A stretch of 63,995 bases of DNA, filler included, from Piptocephalis cylindrospora (taxonomy: Eukaryota): assembly GCA_003614145.1 (NCBI GenBank). It is 5 parts of 5 records of this genome, joined end to end, with 100 filler letters (N's around TTAATTAATTAA, not from the genome) between each part and the next. Parts side by side here need not be neighbours in the genome. Positions count along the whole stretch, not along the records: positions 13,883 to 27,624 come from KZ987938.1; positions 27,725 to 41,325 come from KZ987939.1; 3 more parts are not named here. One strand, given 5' to 3'. The position numbers and the translations under genes were made by a program. Position 1 is the first letter of the stretch. Every line of letters starts with the position of its first letter. The notes below the pieces were generated by a model. It was not told the origin of the DNA, did not search any database, and saw only the letters and a list, made by a program, of their open reading frames with translations. Below, piece after piece: positions 23,455 to 34,206 of the stretch.

Positions 23455-24129
23455 GTATAGTTCGGGGTATAGAAGTTTAGAGGAGGCAATAACTACAATA
23501 AAGGGCGGATGAAGGGATAGCGAGGATAAGTCCATGATCATGTGTGGATGGTTTCTAGATGAACGCGGGCACTCCAAAGTAATACGCGTAAACACTCATA
23601 GTCATCCGCCTCTCGAATGACGTAACTCACCGATTCAATAAAGGTCTGGAAGTAAAGTGGGGATGGAGAATCGTTGATAGCCTGGAAAAAAAAAGAAAAG
23701 AAACAACTGTGCTTATAATAAACATTCTTGCTTTACACTACTGGAGCACAGTCATGGTTGTGGCGGAGATGACCCAAAATTTCCCATTGAAAATACGCTG
23801 AAAATAACCAATTTGATCTGGTAGGATCCTCCCACCATTCCTTCTCCTCGTACTGGATGGTCTAGTCTCCTTTGAGAGGCTACTGTTAACCTTACTAAAA
23901 CCCTCCCTGGCTGCCCGTCGTGATAACTCCACTGGGTGGATGAAGGAAGGAGGGAGGGTGAGGAGAGAGAGAGAGAAAACACCTATTCTTTTCTGGCACA
24001 AGCCCTTCTTCATCCTTTACACCAAGCTTATCCTTGTCCTCTCCTCTTATCCTTCCCCAATCGTCCCTTTGCAACAGCACCAACTATTCAACCACGTACA
24101 CACACACACACACACACATACACACTACG

Positions 24130-24836
24130 ATGGCCATTCCTCGTCGAATCACCAAGGAAATTGAAAGATTAAACAATGACCCTGTGCCAGGCATCTCTGC
24201 CAATGCTCATGAAGACAACCTACGGTACTTTGACGTCTTGATCCATGGTCCTGGTCAGTCTCCATACGAAGGTAAGTGAATGAGGTGCAAGATATCGTTT
24301 GTTGACGGAGAGAAGGGTGACGGGGCCGCGCCAAGGTCGTATCGCTGATTTCATTATGATAATTATTTAGGAGGAGTTTTTCGATTAGAGCTCTTCCTCC
24401 CAGAGGATTATCCAATGGCCCCACCCAAGGTTCGGTTCCTTACCAAGTTGTATCATCCCAACGTCGACCGTCTTGGTCGAATCTGCCTTGATGTTCTCAA
24501 AGGTACGGTGATCTAGGGGATGATTGATTCGAGAGACACTTATTCCATCCCCCCACTTTATAGATAAATGGTCGCCTGCCCTTCAGATTCGCACCATCCT
24601 TCTAAGCATCCAAGCGCTTCTCTCGGCACCCAACCCAGATGATCCCTTGGCCAATGATGTTGCCCAAGTGTGGAAAGAGGATGAACAAGGGGCCATTCAG
24701 ACGGGTAAGTCCATGCTAATTTGCGCAATGATCTTTGGGGTGACAGAGAGATGTAAGGTATCCATGTCGAATTGCTCATATCATCCTGTCTTATGACGCA
24801 GCCAAGGAATGGACCGCAAAGTATGCATCACCCTAG
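24130..24836 (+). CDS. UBC13: Ubiquitin-conjugating enzyme E2 Ubc13, 4 exons
   Basis: [14 protein letters not shown]...[86 protein letters not shown]. Confidence 0.97.
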
Positions 24837-25074
24837 GAAGAAGAAGGAATGAAGTATGGGAACCTAGTAAGGAGGGAGCGTAGGTAGGGAAATGAGGAGT
24901 AGTGTGTCTTTGAGATGATCTTTGAGTTCAATAGATTCTTCCCAAGACATACGGAATCACACAGATAAGGGCAGGGATGGAATGAATATATTGAACAAGG
25001 GATGTAGTTGTAGTCTAGACAGATAAGAGAGAGCATGGATGGGACGGGGTAGGGTAGGATAATCGCTGGATCAT

Positions 25075-25620
25075 CTACAAGCTCTTCCCTTCAAGTGCCT
25101 CTATCCGTTCCATCATCACAAGAATCATGCACTTTAGCCTATACGTATCTTGCATGACCTTACTAACAGTGGGGGGAGGAGAGGTGAGAGAGGAGGGATG
25201 TTCGGCGGAGGATCCCAACTCGTAGTAATCCACAGTGTCGACCAAAAAGGTAAACATATCCCGGATGGGGTCAAGGGCTCGGGGGGTCGCTCGATAGGAC
25301 CTACCCAGAATCTTTCCACAATCACAGTAGAGGGGAGCATAGGTGCTCCCTTTGTCAGGTCCATCGGTCGAAGAGGTTTGCAAGGCCTCTTCATCGACCC
25401 GAACATACGGGCTAGGGGCTGAGTAAGAGGGGAAAGATAAGCAAACTGGCGGACCTAGTCCATAACCCTTCTCGCCAGACCAAGTCGGCCCACCTTGAAG
25501 AGTAATAGCATCTAGGCCCGTGTCGGCCATGACCCAGGCGGTGGAGTCGCCCACGACACGTCGACACTCACAGCATTGAAGAACAAAAACGGGGACGTGG
25601 GCTTGGTCGGTCAGGGTCAT
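25075..25620 (-). CDS. MIS18: Kinetochore protein Mis18 (Yippee-type zinc-binding)
   Basis: VFVLQCCECRRVVGDS and GSTYAPLYCDCGKILGRSYRATPRALDPIRDMF, with a C-terminal helix; probable intron ~25420-25494. Confidence 0.85.
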   Translation of the reverse strand: MTLTDQAHVPVFVLQCCECRRVVGDSTAWVMADTGLDAITLQGGPTWSGEKGYGLGPPVCLSFPSYSAPSPYVRVDEEALQTSSTDGPDKGSTYAPLYCDCGKILGRSYRATPRALDPIRDMFTFLVDTVDYYELGSSAEHPSSLTSPPPTVSKVMQDTYRLKCMILVMMERIEALEGKSL

Positions 25621-25935
25621 GTAGGCTAGTATAGAGGGGTGTGCCTTGGATATAGGACGATTGGGGGTGATAGGGTATAGAGTGTGAAGGTAAAAGGAAG
25701 ACCCGATCATTCTGCTCATGTGTTGATTCTAATGACAAGTCCGATGAGTCTGAGAAACATGAGCTCAGGGATCCTGTGTAGCCCCTAACACGGGGCATCA
25801 TAGGATGTAATTACTCTCTAGCAAATCACTCATCCAGTCTATAACAATGCCCACCGTTCATAAACAATAGTAAAAGAGAGAGAGGTAAGGAAGTATTCAA
25901 CAAACAATACACACCATTCTCACTTCCCATTCAGA

Positions 25936-26888
25936 CTAGGGTGACGCAGTGGAAGGTACAGGAGAAGGTTCTTTAGAGTCTTCCGTAAGCTTCGGTATGA
26001 CCTGCTCCGTGATCGTCATGATAGAATGATCCGTTTGGGGGGGGACATCACTTTGGTCTACTGAGAGAACAGGATCCGCTTGAACTACCCCATTCTCCTT
26101 TTTTTCTTGGGCAGACTGATCCCCTTTGCTTATTTCACCAGACATCTGAAGCAATAAGGAACCGCCCTGAGTTGTCTCTCCCGTCTTAACTTCCCCATTC
26201 TTAGATACTTCTTTCAATGGCTCCATCTTGGGATCATTACCCTCGGCCGGCTTATCCTCATCGAGTAGAGTGGCTGCGAGGGCAGACCGGGCACTTTGCT
26301 ATTGTGGTTATTGTGGTTAAGAATATAAATCACGATCATAAACCACGATTAGTAAGAATAGCTATATCTCTTATGAGATCCATCCACACACTCACCAAGG
26401 CATGAGTCAAATGATCGCAACTTTGATCGAATCGGCTCCATTGCTGCTGGAACGCACGGGTGGTCTCAGTGGGAGGCATCCAAAGAGTTGAGGCATCCTC
26501 CCTGTGAGATTGAGGGCAAAGCGAGGTCGACAGGATGAAGGATAATTAGCGAGTGGATCAATTGTTCGATTACATTAGATAGTTAAGACCAGAGGTTCAC
26601 CCCAGTCCAATTGGTCTGGACGACCCACTTACGACTTTGAGCTAGAGCCGCTCTGAGAGCCCGTAGATCTCCCTTGAAGGGCCTCGCCAAAACTGAGGAA
26701 CAGCCCCTGTGTGGAAGGAATGAACACAAGATGAAAAAGAAACCCCCCAAATCTCCAGCCTTGTTTACCTCTAGTTCCTGCCTCACGGCATCGGTACCTT
26801 GTTGAGTATACGCCGTCAACTCGTCCAGTGCCGGCTCAGGGGGACGAGGGGTATTGACTGTCTTTTTCGAGAAAGTAGGGACAACCAT
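25936..26888 (-). CDS. Hypothetical multi-exon protein (weak resemblance to Mediator Med29/Med2)
   Basis: ORF segments MVVPTFSKK...VRQELE, FKGDLRALRAALAQS and AFQQQWSRFDQSCDHLTHAL, then a low-complexity C-terminus; splice-like signals between segments. Confidence 0.4.
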
Positions 26889-27145
26889 GGAGAGCCAGTA
26901 GAAGGATGAGGATGGGAGGGCAATAAAGATCAAAGGGATTTCAACGCAGTATGAATATTCGTGAACCTTGATGGGCATTGTCACTTTCCTAGGCACTTCA
27001 AGCCCATCAACTGGTGCTACTAGGCCTGTTGTAGAAGAGGTGGTGTGGTATGGTGATGTGCTGTTTAAGATCTACAACTCTCCCTTACACTAGGTCAATG
27101 ATACACTGCACTTCGAAACACTCGGTCAGCTAAATTTCCTAAGCG

Positions 27146-27152
27146 GGCTTGA

Positions 27153-27190
<38 letters not shown>
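27146..27190. repeat. (CA)n microsatellite
   Basis: About 22 CA units read directly. Confidence 0.95.
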
Positions 27191-27193
<3 letters not shown>

Positions 27194-27771
27194 GCCAACA
27201 CACATGGCTGAGGGTAAGGGCAGAGAGGAGAGAGACAACACTACAACAAACTCAAGGTGTCCAGACAGCCGTAAGACCCGGTCAAAGCCCCTCCCCCCCC
27301 CCCCCTCTTCGCCCAAGCCAACACAGCGCGATCCATAAACGACGCCTCTCGTTTCCATCGCTATGAAGTAAGTTATCCCTGACATACCCGTACACCAGGA
27401 TAGGACAGAGGATAGAGACTATGGCCTTGGGATAGATAGGAAGATGGAGAAGAAGAGGGATGGATGGATAGGTAGAAGAGCAGGATGGATGGATGGATGG
27501 ATGGGTAGATGATCTAGAAGAGGCGTGGGCAGGATGGATATCCCGGAAAGCATCCATCCATCCATCCATAGGTACGTCCCGCTACCTTGGTCATCCCGAG
27601 CAGATGCGGGAGAAAGGTGCCGATNNNNNNNNNNNNNNNNNNNNNNNNNNNNNNNNNNNNNNNNNNNNTTAATTAATTAANNNNNNNNNNNNNNNNNNNN
27701 NNNNNNNNNNNNNNNNNNNNNNNNCGATTCAGTCTCCATTCCAATCCCTCAAAAATCATCCTTTGCCTATC

Positions 27772-29154
27772 ATGCAATTTCACTCTCAGCTATTACTTCT
27801 CCTCGCCGCCGTGGCCACCACATCCCTGGCTGCCCCATATTCCCCGAGTCAAGGAGTCCACGCCCAGGTTGACGCCTTGAATCTCGCGCATGTGTGCGCC
27901 AATGCTCTTGGTGCCACCGAATCCTGCCCCCCCTCCCATTCCACCGGCGACCTGAGGAAGCGTGCCCAGGGAGTCCACGCCGATGCTCGTGTGGGAAACC
28001 TGCTTCATCTGTGTGTCAATGCCCTCGGGTCTGAGGTTCCTTGCGATGATCCCTCTGCCGTCGGTCCTGCCCCTGGAAATAGCGACAACGAGGATAATGC
28101 CGCTCCTGGCTCCAGCGGGTCCGGCCGTGGGGTGCATGCCGATGCTCGCGTCGGTAACCTACTTCACGTCTGCCTCAACGCCCTTGGCGCCGATGTCCCC
28201 TGTGATGACCCCTCCGCCGTCAGACCTGCACCCGGTAATGGAGACAACGATGGTGCCGGAAATAACGGTGGTGGTGGCCTTCTAGGAGGCCTCCTTGGTG
28301 GAGGTGGAGGTGGCGGGAACGACAACGGCAATAGAGGCAACGGTGGAGGAAAGGGGATCCATGCCGGAGTTGATGTCGCTGATATTGCCCATGTCTGTCT
28401 CAATGCTCTAGGTGCCGAAGAGCCCTGTGATGGTACCAATGGTGGTGGAAACAACGGTAATGGAGGTAACGGAGGTAACAATGGTAATGGAGGAAACGGT
28501 GGAGGGAAGGGGGTTCATGCCGGCGTGGATGTCGGTGATATTGCCCATGTCTGTCTCAATGCTCTAGGTGCCGAAGAGCCCTGTGATGGTACCAATGGTG
28601 GTGGAAACAACGGTAATGGAGGTAACGGAGGTAACAATGGTAATGGAGGTAACAATGGTAATGGAGGAAATGGTGGAGGAAAGGGGGTTCATGCCGGCGT
28701 GGATGTCGGTGATATTGCCCATGTCTGTCTCAATGCTCTAGGTGCTGAGGAGCCATGCAATGGTACCAACGGTGGTGGTAATGGCGGTGACGGTAACAGT
28801 GGTGACGGTAACGATGGTGACGGTAACGGTGGTAACGGTGGTGACGGTAACGGTGGTAACGGTGGTGACGGTAACGATGGTGACGGTAACGGTGGTAATG
28901 GTGGTGACGGTAACGGTGGTAATGGTGGTAACGGAAACGATGGTAATGGTGGTAACGGGAACGGCGGTAATGGTGGTAACGGGAACGGCGGTAACGGTGG
29001 CAATGGAAACGGAGGAAGCGGAGGAAACGAACACGGAAATCACGGTGGCCATGGAGGCCACGGCAGCCATGGTGGTCACGGCGGCCATGGTGGTCACGGG
29101 GGAAATGGCGATGATAGTCACCATTACGCTGGAGAGGAGGATTACTCCTACTAA
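27772..29154 (+). CDS. Secreted repeat protein A: 6 two-Cys G[VI]HA modules, Gly/Asn linkers, Gly/His tail
   Basis: Signal peptide MQFHSQLLLLLAAVATTSLA; six G[VI]HAx...H[VL]CxNALGxxx[PS]C repeats; an LRKR site after repeat 1; (GNG/GDG)n and (HGG)n tail. Confidence 0.9.
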   Translation: MQFHSQLLLLLAAVATTSLAAPYSPSQGVHAQVDALNLAHVCANALGATESCPPSHSTGDLRKRAQGVHADARVGNLLHLCVNALGSEVPCDDPSAVGPAPGNSDNEDNAAPGSSGSGRGVHADARVGNLLHVCLNALGADVPCDDPSAVRPAPGNGDNDGAGNNGGGGLLGGLLGGGGGGGNDNGNRGNGGGKGIHAGVDVADIAHVCLNALGAEEPCDGTNGGGNNGNGGNGGNNGNGGNGGGKGVHAGVDVGDIAHVCLNALGAEEPCDGTNGGGNNGNGGNGGNNGNGGNNGNGGNGGGKGVHAGVDVGDIAHVCLNALGAEEPCNGTNGGGNGGDGNSGDGNDGDGNGGNGGDGNGGNGGDGNDGDGNGGNGGDGNGGNGGNGNDGNGGNGNGGNGGNGNGGNGGNGNGGSGGNEHGNHGGHGGHGSHGGHGGHGGHGGNGDDSHHYAGEEDYSY

Positions 29155-31205
29155 GCATTTTGGTTCATTTTTCAGCCACTACCCCATCATCCAATGTTGC
29201 TTCTTAATACATAGCATTGTCTCTTCATCCACCATTTCAATGACCTGCTGATAGTTTCCAGGTCAAGTGTATGCTGCTTCTCTTATAACGTCTATAGGGT
29301 GAATCTGGAGGAAGTAAAAAGTTTCTGAAAAGGCAAATCCTTAGGCTGGGTTTTGATGTGCTTTATTTGTGCATCCAAGTCAGATGGAGCGATAAAAACC
29401 GGTGCATTTCCTCCAAGGCGTCTTCAGACCAGGCACATCGAACCAACGTATGTGAGATGATCAGGCAATCGTCAAAGGCCCAGGAAAGATCACTTACTTT
29501 CTCCCCGGGGTTTGAGAGGTTCGCGAGAAAGTGTGCCATCTTATGGTCTCTCTAGGAGTGATGAATGGGTTTTCCCTCTCCATCTCTCGATCCTCAACAC
29601 GACCAACCTCGTCCTATTCGTCCATCCTACCTACAGATGCGTTTTTTCTCAAGGGGGTGATGTGCGATGATAGCCTTGGTCCCTGAAGTTCGCCGATGGT
29701 TTTCGTAAGTCAAGAAACGTTAGGGAAGTGGAATGTCTGAGTTTTCGAAGGGCCCTCATAATAATGAGGTGCGAAGATAGTAGCATGTGGGAATGGTTCT
29801 GGCGCGTGCCATCAAAGAGAGGGATATGCGCACAAGGGGTGCTGCCACAGCAAGATCTGTCAGGGTCAGAGCTAGGCCCTCGTCTTCCCTTTCCCACCGC
29901 GCTCGGGAACCGCACTATAGTGGTCGGGGTACTTCTCCTGGACAGTGAATGCAGTCCCATGAAGGAATATGATGCGATATGGTCAGGACGACACAGAGGA
30001 CCAGAGGATGGTCTCATAGTAGGTGGGCCGAGTAGCAATGGAAGAGCCTTGGGGAAAGCCGAAAAACGGGGATCTCCATGACATGGGCCAAACGGAAAGG
30101 GGAAGGAGAGTGAGAGGGAGGAGAGGTGCATAGGAAACGCACCTGTGAGCGATGAGGCACAGATGAGGTACCATGCTCCACCGGTCTTCAAGGACCGGGG
30201 AGGAGAAGGCATGAAAGAAGGGGGCATCCTGTCTGATACTCCGCCTTTTATGGAACCCTGGTCATAAACCATACACACAGTACACACGCACCATCATCCT
30301 TGTCGACTTCACTGCTGGCATGCAGGGGTGACGGCATGGGTACAGTCCTCCACCTCCGTCTCCGTGGTGGCGATATCATCGCTCTATTCCTCAAGGTGCC
30401 CCAAGGCGAATCGGTGGGAAGGAAGGCAAACCCCCGTCCCAAAGGCAATCACCAGCTCTCATTGTGACCTTGTCTTCGATAAATTCCGGGGGATTCACCC
30501 TCTTTCCTCCCCCTAGTATGACAAGTATTCCCTGGTCGACTGGGCCCTTGCGTGGGGTTGGCGCCTGCCGCTCGACTTTAGCCGTCCCTTTCCTTAGCAC
30601 ATATACACCTGCAGTTTTCTCTTCCCCCTTACTAGAGTATGGCTGCCCCCATCATTTGCCCCTGCCCAAAATTGCGCTCCATCGTTGAGCTATCAGGCAT
30701 GGGTGGATCCGTTGTACCCCACGTCTACCCTTGATGCGATGGTCCATCAAAGTACGGGTCCCCATTACACGGAGAGAGACAGGATTATGGCATCCTCTCC
30801 TTCCCATTGTCAGGGGTCATTGGTAGACGATAGGAAGGAATTCTACTGTTCGGATGTGTTCTTATCCTCGTTCCCTGAATAATCTAGCCATTCTGCCTTG
30901 AAGCCATTGTGCCAATTTAAATAGAGACGTCCACCATCACCACTTTCTCCATCACCACCTTTTCCTCCACCTCGTTCATACCTCCATCGCAATCCTTACC
31001 GCTATTACCTCTCCCAACCCTATCCACCGCTGATACCCATAACCCGTATAAACATTTCACCCTCATCTTCCTTTCAATCCACCCTCCCGTCTATCATTCC
31101 TTTCTCCAAACTCGGAAATCTACCCTCTTGATTTCAACACCCCTGCACTCCCAGTTACCTTTTGCATCTTCTTTTAATCAGGTCCTCTTCATCACCCTAT
31201 TCAAA

Positions 31206-32192
31206 ATGATCGGCAACTTCAAGGCTTTTGTCGCCATCGCCATGATGGCCTCCGCCGTCTCCGCTGCCCCAGCTGGTGAGGGCGTCCATGCTTATGTGGA
31301 CGCTCTTGGTATCAAGGTCTGCTTAAACGTCCTTGGCGACAAGGTGCCATGTCCTCCCGGCGCTCTCCTTGGAGACACCCCCATCCTCCCTAATGGTTTG
31401 AGCAAGCGCTCTGGTGAGGGCATCCATGCTTATGTGAACGCTCTTGGTATCAAGATCTGCTTGAACGCCCTTGGCGACAAGGTGCCATGTCCTCCCGGCG
31501 CTCTCCTCGGAGACACCCCTCTTCTCTCTAATGCTCTGGGAAAGTCCTCTGAAGGCGTCCATGTTTTTGTGAACGCTCTTGGCATCAAGATCTGCTTGAA
31601 CGTCCTTGGCGACAAGGAGCCATGTCCTCCCGGTGCTCTCCTCGGAAATACCCCCATCCTCCCTAATGGTCTGAGCAAGCGTTCTGGTGAGGGCATCCAT
31701 GCTTATGTGGACGCTCTTGGTATCAAGGTCTGCTTAAACGTCCTTGGCGACAAGGTGCCATGTCCTCCCGGCGCTCTCCTTGGAGACACCCCCATCCTCC
31801 CTAATGGTTTGAGCAAGCGCTCTGGTGAGGGCATCCATGCTTATGTGAACGCTCTTGGTATCAAGATCTGCTTGAACGCCCTTGGCGACAAGGTGCCATG
31901 TCCTCCCGGCGCTCTCCTCGGAGACACCCCTCTTCTCTCTAATGCTCTGGGAAAGTCCTCTGAAGGCGTCCATGTTTTTGTGAACGCTCTTGGCATCAAG
32001 ATCTGCTTGAACGTCCTTGGCGACAAGGAGCCATGTCCTCCCGGTGCTCTCCTCGGAAATACCCCCGTTCTCCCTAATGGTCTGCGCAAGCGCGCCGAAG
32101 AGGGTGTCCATGCCGATGCTAATGTCCTTGGTGCCGTAAAGCTCTGTGTCAATGCCATTGGTGCCGAGCCCTGTCGCGAGGGTGCTCGGTAA
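31206..32192 (+). CDS. Secreted Kex2-type processed repeat protein B: 7 two-Cys modules
   Basis: Signal peptide MIGNFKAFVAIAMMASAVSA; six ~46-aa repeats EG[VI]H[AV][YF]V[DN]ALGIK[VI]CLN[VA]LGDK[VE]PCPPGALLG plus a divergent seventh; four KR sites. Confidence 0.92.
   Translation: MIGNFKAFVAIAMMASAVSAAPAGEGVHAYVDALGIKVCLNVLGDKVPCPPGALLGDTPILPNGLSKRSGEGIHAYVNALGIKICLNALGDKVPCPPGALLGDTPLLSNALGKSSEGVHVFVNALGIKICLNVLGDKEPCPPGALLGNTPILPNGLSKRSGEGIHAYVDALGIKVCLNVLGDKVPCPPGALLGDTPILPNGLSKRSGEGIHAYVNALGIKICLNALGDKVPCPPGALLGDTPLLSNALGKSSEGVHVFVNALGIKICLNVLGDKEPCPPGALLGNTPVLPNGLRKRAEEGVHADANVLGAVKLCVNAIGAEPCREGAR
31275..32096 (+). repeat. Two near-identical 411-bp units, each of three ~137-bp repeats
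   Basis: Units start at 31275 and 31686 (GGTGAGGGC.TCCATGCTTATGTGGAC) and differ by only a few bases. Confidence 0.93.
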
Positions 32193-32789
32193 AAACCCCA
32201 TCCTCTAATGTTCTGCACAAGAGGGCAGTGTGCGCGGATTAAATTGGCGAGGTGAATTAACCATGGTTCATTCTGTTAGGTGTACCACAGTACACCCCTA
32301 GTCACCCTAGTAAAACACGTCAATCATAATTATTGTCTTTGATCTCTGCTTCTTCTAGTCGTCTTTAGCCCAAAGTTCATCTTGTCTTTCATGCAAATAA
32401 ATGCAGGAGTTGATCAATCTACCTGTAAGATGGCTGATCTGAGGGAAGTGAGAGAGAGAGTATACATCCTATGCTAGGTGTCATTATGAAGGTACACGGA
32501 GCCAGTAATACTAGGATTGACTGACCGCTTAGTACTTTGATCGATGTGTATATCCGTATAAAAGCGATCATGCATTTATTTGGTCCCAAGCCATAGAGGA
32601 AAAATCAAAAATCTATCAAGTGTAACTTGTGCTTTAGGCGATGGCGGAACTTTGATAATATTTTTCAGGCATGTCCCTTGAGTGTATGTTTCCCCATAAG
32701 ACAATAAATTTTATACAGCTACTCTAAGAACATTTCTGAACAGAAGAAATAAATGAATCCATCAAATCAAAATTGCACTTTATGATGAG

Positions 32790-33000
32790 GTGGGTTATGT
32801 GTTTGGATGCCTTTAACGCCTACCCCACTGGGGAAAATAAAATAGTTTCAACAACAAATTACACTTTATGAAAACTTTTCCAATTAATCGTTTTTGTTCA
32901 TCGTCTAGAAGCCTTGATGTAAATCCCAATGAACGAAGCGTGGTGCCATTGTATATACTGACTGATGGATTTAGACAGAAAAATTTAAAACAATATCATA
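32790..33000 (-). mobile_element. Degenerate LINE 3' fragment (same family as 4850-5610)
   Basis: The reverse complement contains ttttattttccccagtggggtaggc (identical to ~5489-5513), ggcatccaaacaca and a WDLHQG segment (cf. WTFHQG). Confidence 0.7.
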
Positions 33001-34206
33001 TATAGGGACATATCCTGTTTAGAATTGGACATTTTGCTTTAATGTTGAAGACGAATGGGTATTAGCCCATACCTCTGACAATGGTATGTCGATCTTGCTA
33101 GCCAAAATGCCATGGTCTTTGACCCCATTCCATGGAATCTCCTAAGCTATAGAGATATTTTCTCATTGAACTAAATCCCATTCAAACCGATGATCTCGAC
33201 ATCTCACTGATTCCCCTAGATAACCCACTCTCCGTCCCCATGTAAACTGCATCACTCTAGGAGATGATCCCCTTCTCCCTTTCAGGACAGATTGACTTGG
33301 CAGGTGCGTTGCGCACCTTGTCGGATCACACTGGGATGAGCCGAGTAGCATGAAATGTCAAGGGGGAGGGCAAATAGACATGGGTAGGCTTGGAACCTAT
33401 CTTTTGTCGCATTTTCCAGGGTATAGAATGCAGGGGTACCAGACCCTCAGGTGCTGCAGACGACGACGGGAGGGGAGCGTGCAACAAAGGAAAGTCGCTT
33501 AAGATGGATCAGAAGAATGGTGTCGGCATGATAGGAGCATTCTCTATATCCCATGATTTTGGGTTTCTAAGAATGATATTGTCGGTGGATGACCCGTCCA
33601 AGGTGGGTGAGAGAGGAGAAAAGGATGAGAGCGACATTGCGTCCGCCTGCCGCTACATCTCACACCTACTTTTGTCCCCCTAACCCCCCTTCTACCATTC
33701 CCCTAACCCCCTCTAGTGCTCGAGTATTCCTCTTCTTGAGTAAGTAATAGTCGGTATCGCGTCAAGACCGAAAGATAGAGGTTCTGTTTCCTCATTTTGC
33801 ATCAGAACCATGATGAGAGCGAGAGGAGATGGTGGGACGTATGGAGGGGAATTTGAGTAAGGAACGATGCCCCTGGGTTAACGTAAAGCTCATCCTCTAG
33901 TACCATCCTCAACATAGTAATGGCTTCCTATCATAAATATAAGTAGCCCTTTTAACCTGATCATCTTCAACCGTTCCATCCCTCTCACCTTACCTTTCCT
34001 ACCCCCCCTTTCACCACTCCTCATTCTCCAGTCATCTCCCTCTATTCACAGCATATAGCATTTGCATATCCCCACCCTCCAGGATCATTGCACTCCTTGT
34101 CATTCACAATTTCCTTGCTTAAACACCTGCTAGGCCTACTCTCATCTAACATTACAATCCATTTCTCCCCCTCCTCTTCTCTCATTTGCTACCTTTATCA
34201 TCTCTG

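Noticed and set aside
23700..23935. Possible snRNA or telomerase-like ncRNA (AAATTTTGG on the minus strand, CTAAAACCCT on the plus strand) between PUS7 and UBC13
   Set aside because: No recognisable snRNA, RNase P/MRP or exact template signature; most simply a divergent promoter. An Rfam/Infernal scan would settle it.
27459..27570. (GGAT)n tract with an inverted (ATCC)n tract forming a potential hairpin
   Set aside because: Simple-sequence repeats at a contig end; no evidence of function.
28738..29251. Val/Thr-rich and His/Arg/Tyr-rich alternative-frame ORFs
   Set aside because: Frame and strand shadows of the (GGT AAC/GAC) repeats in protein A.
27772..32192. Classical hydrophobins or a dikaritin RiPP cluster
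   Set aside because: No eight-Cys hydrophobin spacing, and no DUF3328, tyrosinase or transporter genes are visible on the contig.
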